Positions 27,331 through 40,914 of a stretch of DNA of 48,840 bases are shown here, one piece after another. Source of the DNA: Octopus bimaculoides (taxonomy: Eukaryota). The first letter of the stretch is position 1; each line of letters opens with the position of its first letter. The stretch covers positions 7,114,253 through 7,163,092 of the forward strand of contig NC_068982.1 of NCBI RefSeq assembly GCF_001194135.2. Reading direction: 5' to 3'. The notes beneath the pieces are model-generated. The model did no database searches. It saw only the letters and a program-made list of their open reading frames with translations, and was not told the origin of the DNA. The position numbers were made by a program, and so were the translations under genes.

Positions 27331-28478
27331 CAACACGTCAGTTAATTGTTGTTGTGTGCATTTTTGTTTTTGTTTTAGTCTGAAAATAAGAACAGCCTCC
27401 GTTATTGGCAGTTACATATTCAATTAACGTGACGACCAAACGTCTGAAATAACTTTAAGACTTCGCAAAAATATCCTTCAGCCACAAATGTGTTATAAAT
27501 ATTGGAGAATGTGGATAGGGAACAAAAGTATACAACAAGGACAATAGGAGAAAATGAACTTACTGACGCAGTCCATATGCAGAAGAATGGATGTTATTGA
27601 ATACAGACGCCAACATTTATATTTTTAACTTATGCGAATCTATGATTAAATATTACTTTTTTTAGTTATTTTCTTCTCAGATACCAAATGGATTTTCTAA
27701 TTGAAAACACATGTGCACGGTTACTATACGTGTATTGAGAAGCATTAATGCTATTTAACTCTTGTTTTTATAGTTATGTTTCGTTTTATATTTCTAATAT
27801 TAACGCGTATGTTTTCTTCTTTTCGATATCACATTCAATTGTGATTTTCAACGACATTGACATTTCTGTCTATATAATAAAACGTAACATTAATACTTAT
27901 ACCACAACTTATTATTCCATCGGTAAAGTCCCGTAGATTAGAATTCCATATATCGGCACATAATAAAAACAGAACGTTTCTGTAACTATCAACAGTTTAG
28001 AATTAGATTTCTTCCATTGCTTCATGTATAAAGATACCTTTTGTACCTACACTCTATCTTAATTAAATGGGGAACATTCTTCTCAATATTCCAGCTGCTC
28101 AAAGCAATCTATGTTTTCGTTTTCATCTTACTCACTTTTTTGCTTACATTTTCCATATATATTACGAAATCATTTAAGGATTTATAAGATTTTATCTATC
28201 ACTCTTTTGGTAAAATGGAGGTGTGTTTTGGTCAGTTTCAATTGAACTGCACGTCTTATATCCGTTAGATTTAATGATGCTTTTTTCAAGTATCAGAAAT
28301 CCATCTAATAGTTCATAGAGATTGATTTGTCGTTGCATTTCTGGTGATATTTTTTTCTATTCCGTAAAACGTTAAATGAATGGACAGCCGCAGGAAAAGT
28401 ACAAGTAACATTTAATCATTTGATAATTTATCCATGCACGCTACACACACACACACACACGTACACACGCCTATATAT

Positions 28479-28574
<96 letters not shown>

Positions 28575-28709
28575 AGAGAGAGAGAGAGAGAAGAATTGAC
28601 GGAGGAGTGCGCGATAGACNNNNNNNNNNGAGAGAGAGAGAGAGAGAAGAATTGACGGAGGAGTGCGCGATAGACCGAGTGAGACGTAGACAGACAGACA
28701 GGCATACAT

Positions 28710-28740
<31 letters not shown>

Positions 28741-29429
28741 CATACATACATACATACATACATACACACATATATACATACATACGTACATATGTACATA
28801 CGTACATACATACATACAGCCAGTCACCACAAGAGAAGCTTCGCGACCCTAGCCAGCCACATCTGAAGATTAACGAAAGTGAAATGTTGAATATATTTAG
28901 TTCAAGTGTTTGCACGCTTTGCATAACGATAAGTGTAAAGAAATTTTCTTCTGGCAATCCTCAAAGAGCTACATGAATTTTAGAAATGAAATACTTAATA
29001 GATGTCCGCACACAACTTCATATTCACTCTTTGGGAAAGTCTCTCATTTCCCAACTCGCTGCTGTCTCGTATATCCTAGTCAATTTCCGCACATAAATTT
29101 CATTTTTTCCCTTTCACACATCCTTCTTTCCATATATTCTATAAATATCCCCGAATATTTCAATGCACGTTATACATGTAGCTTTTTCTAGAAAATACAT
29201 AGACACATAGATGTATATACATGCATATCTATATATATATACATATATATATATATATGTATNNNNNNNNNNATATATATATATATACATACATAATACT
29301 GTGTATCTATGCATATATTCCCATTCCATTCCGTGCTTTTACAAATAACTAACCTTTACATACAATAATCCATAGAATTTATGAGATCTTAAAAATACCA
29401 AAGTTATCACCTCCAAATACATTGCCACC

Positions 29430-32400
29430 ATCCCTTTCTGATAGCCTAAAGACATTACAATATTTGCCGTTCTCTCAAGAATCACTTCGGTAGCCCTGTT
29501 GTCTTCGATCTCTTCTGTGAATGAAGTTCTTTAGTTAAAATGTGTCCATATAAAAACATCACACACACACACATATACAGATATATGTATGTTTTTATGT
29601 ATACTTAAATGTATGTGTGTTTAATGTATTGCTCTTTTATGAAGCTACGCATTGTTCTGTTAAATTTAAATTGTTTTCTGCAAGGTGTGTGCTGTGCTAT
29701 TTTTGCGTACTTCTCTGTTTTGTTTGCTTTAAATTTCAATACTCAACGCATCTCTTGTTACAAACATCACTTTTTCCCTTGTATGTTCATACTATTTTGA
29801 TTTCTTGCGAAGTAGTGGTCAGAAGTAACGGTGATGTCTATCAGAATACATATTTGATTTCGTTGTTTGATTATGATACCTGGTCATTTCGTTTTAATCT
29901 CTTTGTCAATTTGGTCAAACGTTCCCATATAACTATAGCTATGAATTTTATTTGCTGCATGCTTATAGCACTTATTTTCAATTTTCGTGCTGAAATGTCG
30001 GCATATTGTTTAGTGGACACAGATACCGCCCCAGTCATATCTGCGAATATGTTATATATTTCAAAGAATTGACAACCAGAAATTATGTTGGCAGCTGGTT
30101 CTTTGTACTGGTTGCCTAGTCTGCAGCTAGCAGCCTCTTATTTCATTATTTTTATTGTTATATTTTTTGTATATTTTTCTTTCATGTGAAAATGTATTGA
30201 TTCTGTGCAGCTAAATTCAGACTTTCCCTTTCTGCTATTTTTCGTTCAGACTTTCTGAGGTCATTATTGTCTTTCACGCTGACACACTTCCTCTCTATTG
30301 AGTCTTGCAGGATATTAGCCAAGAGATTTTTTTCCAACAGTATTTTTATCTTATTTTCCTTACTTTTTCTATTATTGCCGTTATCTAAATGTTTTTCTTC
30401 GGTGTAATTAGGTTGCACTTTATTGTTTCCTTATGTATGGTAAAAAAAATATTTTCTTCGTGTTCTCTTATTAAACTAATCAGTCTTTCTCTGTTATTTT
30501 CAAACTATTTTTCTATACGTATTGTCTTTACTTTGAAAACTTCTCTGATTTTTATTAAGGTTCTGCCAATCTGTATCAGTCTTGGTTTGCAACTCCAGAA
30601 CAAGGAAATATTTTTGTAGTGTTCAATCCATTCAATTTCCAATATATAATATTAACTCAGTATTTTATGGTTTGGTTATCTAATACAATGCACTTGTCGT
30701 ATTCCTAGCATTAATTTCGTTTTCTAATAGTTGTTTGGCATATTTGCAGTTCCATTTTCTAAATTTCTCTCGTATGTTTTATTTATATCCTATGTATCTT
30801 AGCTTTTTGTAATTATGTGCGTGTGTAGCTGTTTTACTTCCCTATAGTTTAAATCTAACAAACTCCAACATAATGATTTCACTTGTGATTAGTTCCTTCA
30901 TAGATTTTCCTCGGTCTGCTTGTCTAATGATACGAGTATTTTAATAAAAGATGTTTCTACACTAGTTTTCTTCTGAGGGAATTTCTTTTTCGTGTAGATA
31001 CTTTATGTCATCCTCCTATGGCGGAGATTGTTTATTATTTGAGCTACACATCATGCATTTTTAACTTGTGAAGAATTTATTCGGTTTGGACAATACTAGA
31101 GAAAAGAAAGACTTACTGAAAATATTAGGGTGTAGTGTATCGTTTTATGAACTTCATGTTGTTTTGCAATGTTACTTCGTTTTCTATTCCTCTTTTAGTA
31201 TTGTATGGTTGATATAATTTATAGTATTGGGGTGGCTTTATTATATGTGGTCTTTCTAATATTCACCATAATGGCATTTTGCCAAATGTTTTTCAATAAT
31301 CAATCTACGGTATGCTTATACTTTTCCTTCTTTTTTTGTTTTCTGTAATAGGTTATCGGTCTACCAATAGTGGTTCCTGATAAGTGTATATATTTCGTTC
31401 TTCCGGTAATGCACTTTTACATTGCAAATGAACAACTAATATTTGAAGAGATTAGATACAGGGGCTTTTTATATTTTTGTTCCACCTGTTATTGATGTGA
31501 AACGTTTGGAGTGTCTTGGTGTGTGTGTGTGTATGTGTGTGTGTGTGCGTGCGCGCGTGTGTGTGTGTGTCTGTCTGTCTGTCTGTCTGTTTATTTTGGG
31601 AATCTTATTGTTTTCTCTTCTTACAGTCAATCGAAAGTTGATAATTTTTCTCTTTAAAAATTCGTTCCATACATCGCCATAGATTACTGTATAATAATTA
31701 AATTTTAAAGTTAGTAACTATTAATCCTGAAAGCAACTTTCGCGTTGCTTCCATTCTTTATTTTGATGGTGAACTATCCTGAAGTCATTCTCGGTTATAT
31801 CTATAGTGGCCATATTATTTTATTCCTTTTCTAATCCATTCTACTCTTTGACTTCGCTAAATTCTTTCGTTCCATATTTCCTGACAAGAATTTTGACTTG
31901 TGTTGGTGCTCATTACTCATTTTATATCATACATTTTATTCGAAATGTCTCCTGGAATATTTAATATCTTTTCTAAATAATATATCTTTGAGTATTTATT
32001 TTAGTTTGTGTACATCGTAATTTGAAAACAATAGCATAATCTATTATAGGCTTTCAAAGACTGGTTCACTAAATTTCTGATAACGAGAGTATGAAGAGAG
32101 CGTCTCCGATCTGCTGCAGAACAACCAAATGGACTCTGTTTGTAAAGCAAATCTTTATAACTTCTGTCGATATACAATTATAAAAAAATATGTCCTCCTC
32201 TCCCACACATATATCTTCTGCACTTTTTCTATCGTCTAAATTCCACACACAACGTACTAATTACTCCGAAGTTACGCTAGTAGACCTCCACCAAAAGGTA
32301 AAAAAACATTTCGGTGCAACAAGAATATTTTAACCAAACACTAATACCTATTTTATTTGGGGTGTTTTTCTCAGATGTCTTTTAAAAGTAATCTTTACAT

Positions 32401-32640
32401 TTCCAAGATAGTTTTTATCTAAATTTTATGTTATATATTTCTAATCTTTCCTTTGAATTTCACTTTGTCATATTGGCCTCTTCCTTTAGTATGTTGTTAA
32501 ATAACGGTTAAGTATACTGCTTTATTTAAAATATTGTCAATTTTATATAGTGCTTTACTGTTATATTTGAGAAACGTCACAGATGATAATGTCATTACAC
32601 AATCACCAGTTGCTGCTGCTGTGTAGAGTTCACCTTTCTT
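29430..32640 (-). mobile_element. Highly decayed R4/Dong-type non-LTR retrotransposon (RT + RLE)
   Basis: Motifs in the expected order on the minus strand: KEWKQ (W-KAPG region), IDY*KTFGKMP (IDY.KAFD), DTLHPNIF (GDSLSP), *EDDIKY (YMDDLK), ESLNLAAQNQ, NIISGC, PGIII...CILIDITV (RLE PD..D), VILERTANIV. Confidence 0.75.
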
Positions 32641-34122
32641 TCAAAACAGTTGACATTTTCTATGAAACTAAAACTTCCTCGGTACACATCCTTGCTAACA
32701 GGTAGATCTAACGACAGCAAAAATCAATTGTAAGCTAAAAACCAAGCATTTAAAAGAAAAATGTTACAGATTGGTGTAGTTAAAAACATTTCCAGGCAGA
32801 GAGAGACAAACGTCAACTGTTTTTAAAAAGAGACACGCAATAATCAGTGGGTGTACTTGTAGTCTTTATTAATTATGATTCTTACCAAATGTAACAATTT
32901 ATGTTTCAACATACAGCTGTAGATGAAAAAAAAAGTTTTGAAAAATATCTTCTTTATGTAGCACATTTTCATTTTTGCACTTTAAGAATCGAGCACAACC
33001 TTCCGCAGTAATGCAATGATTAATAGATAATATTTGCTATTAATAAATATTCTCTTTGTTATTATTGTCTTGAAGAATATAGCAAGTTCCGCTTCCCTCA
33101 CGAGGAAAAACAATTATCTTGAAAAACGGATGTGCAATGTTACAAAATTAAACGACGGTGTATGTGTGTATTGTGCAACAGTATTCACAGATCATACTAG
33201 TGATGTCTTGTGCAATCTATCCATGTATTCAGGCAAAATGTAGATGATTTTGCCGAAGTCAAGTATCATTCCAGTTGAACCAATTACGAATAGAATGATC
33301 GGGAAATTCGTTGACTGTTGTATTAATGTTAATGGCACAGCTAAATAAATGTAATCCTTAGATTATCAACTAATTTCTGCGCAGTGCTATACTCATTTGG
33401 TATTCGCTCATTAATAAGTAGTAAACTATTCTCATTTTTGTCATGAAAAATTATGTTAGACATCTGATATGTACTTCGTTTTCTGTTCCATTAATATTCT
33501 AAAATTTCTGGCGATTCATAAGTGTACAGTAATACGTTTTAACCATACAAAATGGATGTCGTATATTATATATGTTTTTGCGTTTTTTTATTATTTTCGT
33601 AGACAATATTACTTATAAAAATGAGAAAAGTCGATTTGTTTAAGACCATTCTCATTTGGTTTACTGTTTTATGGTTAAATAAGATTTCTGTCGTCAGTTA
33701 TTTTAAAATCAAAATAGTATTTACAACAGGTAAAGGGTTCGGTGGCTTAGCATTTTGTAACGATTCAACTGTCGAATTCGTAGTGTTTCCAACCGCAATA
33801 TGGCCTGTAAATTATTTATATACAACTCCGCCGAACCAGTAGGCAAAAGTAAAGTGGGATGGGCACAGTTACATTCAAATGTTAATCATGGAAGAGAGTT
33901 GCTGTTACACATTTAAAGCGACGATGAATCGTCATTCAAATGCATATAATATACGAAGGGATTAGCTATCGAGACCACCATGTGACTAGCTAGAAATGGA
34001 TGTCATGCAATATTATATACAGCAAGAAGTTGCGATGTATGTTGAACAAAAATTGAACCCTTTACTATTAAGTTAGACATGGCCTGGGCTTATACTGGTC
34101 GAAACCTATCAAAGTTATCAAA

Positions 34123-34175
<53 letters not shown>

Positions 34176-34490
34176 TCGCACACACACAGATATATTTATT
34201 AAGATTCGGGCGAGTCACCCTGTTAGGTCTGAGAAACACGCATGATATTCTTGCAGTATCTGCAGATAATAAGACCTAGCTGAGTGTATATCTACACCTG
34301 TATCTCTTTGTTACTCACATATATATATGTAAAGAGAGAGAGAGAGANNNNNNNNNNNNNNNNNNNNNNNNNNNNNNNNNNNNNNNNNNNNNNNNNNNNN
34401 NNNNNNNNNNNNNNNNNNNNNNNNNNNNNNNNNNNNNNNNNNNNNNNNNNNNNNNNNNNNNNNNNNNNNNNNNNNNNNNNNNNNNNNNNN

Positions 34491-34553
<63 letters not shown>

Positions 34554-34619
34554 GATAGATAGATAGATAGATAGATAGACAGACCCAGAGCTTTTATATG
34601 GTTTACTGAATTCATTCAT

Positions 34620-34735
34620 AAGGCGTAAATGTCCCTAAGGCTATACTAGAAGACACTTTCCCAAAATGCCGCGCAATGGGACTGAAACCGAAACCATGTA
34701 GTTTCAAAGCGAGCCCATTAACCACACAACCTATT
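34620..34735 (-). mobile_element. Decayed SINE 5' fragment
   Basis: ggctatactagaagacactttcccaaaatgccgcgcaatgggactgaaaccgaaaccatg matches the family at 48499-48600. Confidence 0.7.
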
Positions 34736-35026
34736 ATATATATAATAATCCTGTCAACTATAGGCTCAAATCCTGACATTTTGGAAGGGTGCTTGTTGAT
34801 GACAATGACCTTGAGAGGATGAAAGGCAAAGTCGATCACGGCAGATTTTGGAATGTAAAACAGGAAGAAATGCAACTGGGTATTTCGTTCGGTGTGACAA
34901 CGATTGTGCCAGCCCAACATATATTAAGTTTGTAATAATCTTTACTACAAATCCCACTTTTTGCATATATAGAAGTAAATTGTATGTAAATATCTTAAAA
35001 CGCAATATAGATCGTCGTCGTGGAAG

Positions 35027-35092
35027 TAGTAGTAGTAGTAGTAGTAGTAGCAGCAGCAGCAGCAGCAGCAGCAGAAGAAGAAGAAGAAGAAG

Positions 35093-35126
<34 letters not shown>
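35027..35126 (+). repeat. Compound (AGT)(AGC)(AGA)(ACA) trinucleotide microsatellite
   Basis: Directly visible. Confidence 0.95.
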
Positions 35127-35127
<1 letters not shown>

Positions 35128-35489
35128 AATCGCAAGGAAAAGAAAAAAAATGAATAGACAAAGAGGATTATTTTTTTTTATATATTTCCGCTGATATTTT
35201 TAGTAATTTACTTCCATTTATAACATATTTACTGCTTCTTCAAGTGAGATAATTTATGAAAACAACGAAGTACAAGGAAAACATGGCACAGCAAAATATT
35301 AAAAGTAAATAAAAGTACGTAACATGAATTAATAAATATAAAAAATACGTATCTTCAAATACACGCGCTCACATATAGATACCTTTACATGTTTATACTT
35401 TTATACACGCACACACATGCATAGACATATTCGTAAGTACATACATGCATAAACACACTTTCATACATATATATTTATGTCTGTATGTG

Positions 35490-35570
<81 letters not shown>

Positions 35571-35860
35571 TGTATATTTATGTGCATGCATATATACATA
35601 TGTGCATATATGATTGTACATGTGTTTGTGCTTGTGTGTGTAGTTTTGCGTGCATAGATAGTTGTCAACGCTGACATAAATTTCAGTTTATCACGTTAAA
35701 AATTTATATATGAACACGACACATATTAAGTCAGAAGAATATTTAACGATATGCTATCATCTTAACGTATTAACTAAAGCGAGGCACATCAGTCTGTATA
35801 GGTGTGAATAAATGAATTAGATATATTTTTTAATTAACTACCTAATTACAATAGCAGTGA

Positions 35861-35901
<41 letters not shown>

Positions 35902-37277
35902 TTACGGGAGTACCTCTCGTTAAATTACCACCCACCTACTACCCTGGTAACCTATTTTGCTTTGTTATTCTGTAGTTGAAGTATAGTTGGTACGATATGT
36001 TGGTTTGTTTGTGATGAGGGACAGATAAGCGTCTGTTTGAATGAAACCTACGTCAACTCTTTACTGAGAGAAGCTTCTATATTCATTAGTCATAGCGAAT
36101 TTGTAAACAGCGGAGGCGTTCGTACAGGATAGAAATGTGCCTATTTTAACGAAGGAGACAAAGAATTCATTGCAGTCGGCAGTTGCAACTGTGATGTATT
36201 ACATGACTCGATTATTCGCATCGATGAACTTGTGCTTTACATGTAGGATATCACTGATAATCCCTTAAGTGCATATTCTTTAATAGTTCAGTGGTGTTTA
36301 GATATAGTGGCAAGGAAAAGCAATGGGGGTTAAATGAAAACTTGTTGGCTGTTAAAAATGTGTACTAGTGACACCAGAGCGAGCTGTGAGAATTTAATTT
36401 AGCTCGAATAATGTCAAAGACCGATGGTAGTCTCAAAACACAAGTGCTAATCAAATTTGCAAGGATCGTTTTAAAAAGTTACAGGGGTTAATGAAAGACA
36501 TATACAGGATGCGACAAGTATTTGGGGATTTATCTGGTAATTTAATAAAGCAACTCTAATTAACACTAACACAAACACAATATATTTTAATTGAAATTTG
36601 TGCATATGTTCTCGATAAGCTCTCATAAAATTATTGTATGTATCCGCCTTCAGCTCCGATATCTGCTTCAATACGGGACTGAAACCGTTTACATGCCAGC
36701 ACTGCATGGAACTTATTTATTTCGGACACCACTTGAACAATTGCAACTTTCAATAAAGGAATGATTTTACACTAATAATAAGTATATGGAAGGTAATTTT
36801 TCATTACCCTTATATAGGACCTATTAAGTTGAGGGTTTTAAAACTTCTAACCGGCTGCATAGAAGTTTTACACATTATTTGTAATTCTGTTACCGAATAT
36901 TCATTCTTTTACATTACTGAATGGAATAAACATTGCACGTTCCTCTTAATTTTAACGCTTTTATATAATATTTTTGTTCAATTTCTTAGAAGGTCTACAA
37001 TATTTCTATCCCCTCTCCTATAAACCATAATCTTGTACACAAACAGTATTTTCTTCAATATCTTTCAATGCAATTTCTGAGCATTCGAAATATGGATTTA
37101 TCATTGAAAAGAATGTCTGAAATTGTTTTATTCTGTATTTATTACCCATTTCCCAGAATGAATTAATTGTTTTCTGATTGGCTTTTGTACAAACATTATA
37201 TACATACGTACATACATACATACATACATACATACATACATACATACATACATGCATACATACATACATACATACAT

Positions 37278-37895
37278 AGAAGGGTAAACATTATTATTAA
37301 AACAGTTTTTACCAGTGGTTAGCATGGGTAATAAAAGTCAGAAGTCATATATATTTTTATAATATAAGAGTATATAAAAAATTTATGCACGGAGAGAAGA
37401 CCACCACGCTAAAAATGACAGTCAAATCCCAAACTACAAAAAACATTCTTACGAATGGATCATTGCTTGTAGGCGAGTAGGACACTTGAATAAATAATGT
37501 ATAATTATGAAACTATAATACGTACGGAAAACACAAAGTAAGCACATACACATTTCCAGCGACTCTACTGACTGGTAAATTAATCAATCGATTGACTTAT
37601 TAGTTGATTTATTTGATAATTAATGGTGAAGCTCATGGGTATAGAGTTAACTGTCATTTTTATTCATCCAAGGGTCCTGCCCGCATACAAGCAATGTGCT
37701 ATTAATAAGAATGTGTTTTCGTGGTTTGGGATTTGACTGTCCTTTTTAGCATGTAAGAAGTCCACATAGTGGTCTTCTTCCTGTGTATAATTTTTTTATA
37801 TACGCGTAGATTATAAAAAATATTTATGTCTTCTGACTTTTATTACGCATGCTAACCACTGATATAAATCATTATTTTAATAATGTCTGTCCTTG
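37278..37895. mobile_element. Fold-back/MITE-like element: ~220-240-bp imperfect inverted arms, ~155-bp spacer
   Basis: 37278-37499 (cagtggttagcatgggtaataaaagtcagaag...gacagtcaaatcccaaac) is the reverse complement of 37655-37895. Confidence 0.85.
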
Positions 37896-39147
37896 TATTT
37901 TTATAGATAAATATTCATGCATCCATCCATCCATCCATCCGTCCATCTACCCAACCATCCATACACTCATACATCCATACATACGTACGTATATACATAC
38001 ATACATACATACATACATACATGCATACATACATACATACATACATACATAATAACCTGTTGTTGATGTTGAAATTCCAATGAAGGAATATTGGATCTAT
38101 GTTACAAACCGTTTCTTTCTCTTTTGGCAAAAAATCTTGAAATAAATTGAATAACGACATACATAGATGCATACATACATATAAAACCCTAGAAATGCTC
38201 GGTTTCCCGAACTAAGAACAAAAGAAACTGACGCGGACTCTCCAAATCCCAAATCCATTCTATGAATGGCAGAGTGAAGACATTCCAAAGATTCTCCATC
38301 TGAGATTCTTTAGATGAACAGATGCACACACATGTGTGCATGCATCGTCAGTTCATCCAACGCATCAACTTAAACACAATGACAAACATCCGGGATTCTC
38401 TGAACCCAACAAGTCTAGTTGCTTTCTGAGCGACCAGCTTGAATTCTCTTAAGAACTGAAATAAAACTCAAAGAAAAGGAAAACATGTATACAGACAGAC
38501 CGTAGATAAATAGGAAGATAGATACACAATTTTATGTAAAAACTGAAGAAATGATTAATGCATAGATTTTAATATATAGATGCATATATATATATATATA
38601 TATANNNNNNNNNNNNNNNNNNNNNNNNNNNNNNNNNNNNNNNNNNNNNNNNNNNNNNNNNNNNNNNNNNNNNNNNNNNNNNNNNNNNNNNNNNNNNNNN
38701 NNNNNNNNNNNNNNNNNNNNNNNNNNNNNNNNNNNNNNNNNNNNNNNNNNNNNNNNNNNNNNNNNNNNNNNNNNNNNNNNNNNNNNNNNNNNNNNNNNNN
38801 NNNNNNNNNNNNNNNNNNNNNNNNNNNNNNNNNNNNNNNNNNNNNNNNNNNNNNNNNNNNNNNNNNNNNNNNNNNNNNNNNNNNNNNNNNNNNNNNNNNN
38901 NNNNNNNNNNNNNNNNNNNNNNNNNNNNNNNNNNNNNNNNNNNNNNNNNNNNNNNNNNNNNNNNNNNNNNNNNNNNNNNNNNNNNNNNNNNNNNNNNNNN
39001 NNNNNNNNNNNNNNNNNNNNNNNNNNNNNNNNNNNNNNNNNNNNNNNNNNNNNNNNNNNNNNNNNNNNNNNNNNNNNNNNNNNNNNNNNNNNNNNNNNNN
39101 NNNNNNNNNNNNNNNNNNNNNNNNNNNNNNNNNNNNNNNNNNNNNNN

Positions 39148-39188
<41 letters not shown>

Positions 39189-39195
39189 GTATATG

Positions 39196-39231
<36 letters not shown>

Positions 39232-40234
39232 TGTATGTATGTATGTATGTATTAGAAAATGTTCATCTTTCATCGTTGCTCAAGCTTTCAGACATTTAAC
39301 ACAGTTTCTAATCCTTTCAGGATATTTCTTTTACAGAATATGAAGAAAAGTTATTACATTAGTAATTATACATATTGTATTCTCCCGTAGAGGAAATCTA
39401 GTCAGCTGAGGTGACGTTTAGCGTTTCAAGTCATGCTACCTGTAAAAGGGCAACTAAAGGTTATCTACTTCACACACAATTAGTTAAGGTAGATTTCTAT
39501 AAAGATTTCTTTGTGTTGTGGTGTTCAAGAATCACACATAAGCACATACGCATATATATGCATGTGTCGTTTTTGTTGTAACTCCTGCTTAGCCTTTGAT
39601 CGGCTGTCATCGATGAGACCTAGGGTCAAAGCAATTTTGGTGAACAGCATCCCGCTTGCTTGACTGACTGTGTATAAATTTAAGATCGGTTTGGCATTTC
39701 TAGCAAGTCGTTCACAGAGTGTATGAGTCTGTGTAGGCGTGCCTCTGTCTCCGTGTGTGTGCGTGTGTGGGGGTGCATGTGTGAACGCGAGCGCGCGCAT
39801 GTAACACTGGCGACTCTAGAACCTACAAGCCCTGTCATGTTACTAATATTACTTAATGAGAGACACCTAACACCACATCTTTTCGCTATCATTTATACAA
39901 ATGTATGTCGTCTGCATTAAAGTTAATTTTCCTTGTAACATTCACTTTTCTACCTAATTATTCAGGATATTTGTTTACTTTACTGAGATCTTCTTTCAAT
40001 GTATGTGTGTATTACTAAAACATTTTCTTACTGAATAACTGATACTTATAGACAAGTCTCTTTAACTATCGGTGACCGCTTAATTATTTGTAAGTTTTGA
40101 AACAGCCATTACCATAAAAGTTGCGCGGTTTTATTTCAATCATAGTGTAAATAACTATGATAGTGGAAGAATTTAATGGTTTAGCAAAATCTTTCGTAAA
40201 TACCCCCTCCCCCTCTCTCTCTCTCTCCCTCTGC

Positions 40235-40292
<58 letters not shown>

Positions 40293-40874
40293 TAAAATAA
40301 AGATTCAGCTAGAATCAGGTACTTGAAAATGTATGCACAAGGTAGGGTTGATTAACCTGTGGTTCCGGCCAATGGTTCGTAAGCATCAAATAGGATATTC
40401 CGTTTGTGTACAGAGAGGAAACCAACCCCATGTCTATTTGGCATCTATAGGCTGGTCCAAATCACGCGTTGCTGTTAATAGTACGTTGCTGGTATACTCT
40501 ATGGTGTCCGACATAGCGTAAATCCCCTTGATGTTTTACAATCAAATAAATAACATACGATGAATAATTGTCAGCTCATTACAGTTCTAATGAGCTGACC
40601 ATTATCCATCGTCTGTTATTATTAATTTGACTATCTATCTATCTATCTATATATATATATATATATATATATATNNNNNNNNNNNNNNNNNNNNNNNNNN
40701 NNNNNNNNNNNNNNNNNNNNNNNNNNNNNNNNNNNNNNNNNNNNNNNNNNNNNNNNNNNNNNNNNNNNNNNNNNNNNNNNNNNNNNNNNNNNNNNNNNNN
40801 NNNNNNNNNNNNNNNNNNNNNNNNNNNNNNNNNNNNNNNNNNNNNNNNNNNNNNNNNNNNNNNNNNNNNNNNNN

Positions 40875-40914
<40 letters not shown>

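Noticed and set aside
28585-28680. Duplicated gagaagaattgacggaggagtgcgcgatagac around a 10-N gap
   Set aside because: Typical contig-overlap artefact.
38165-38455. FKBP-like reading LECLHSAIHRMDLGFGESA on the minus strand
   Set aside because: It needs a weak-donor 62-nt intron, the similarity is marginal, and other frames look equally plausible.
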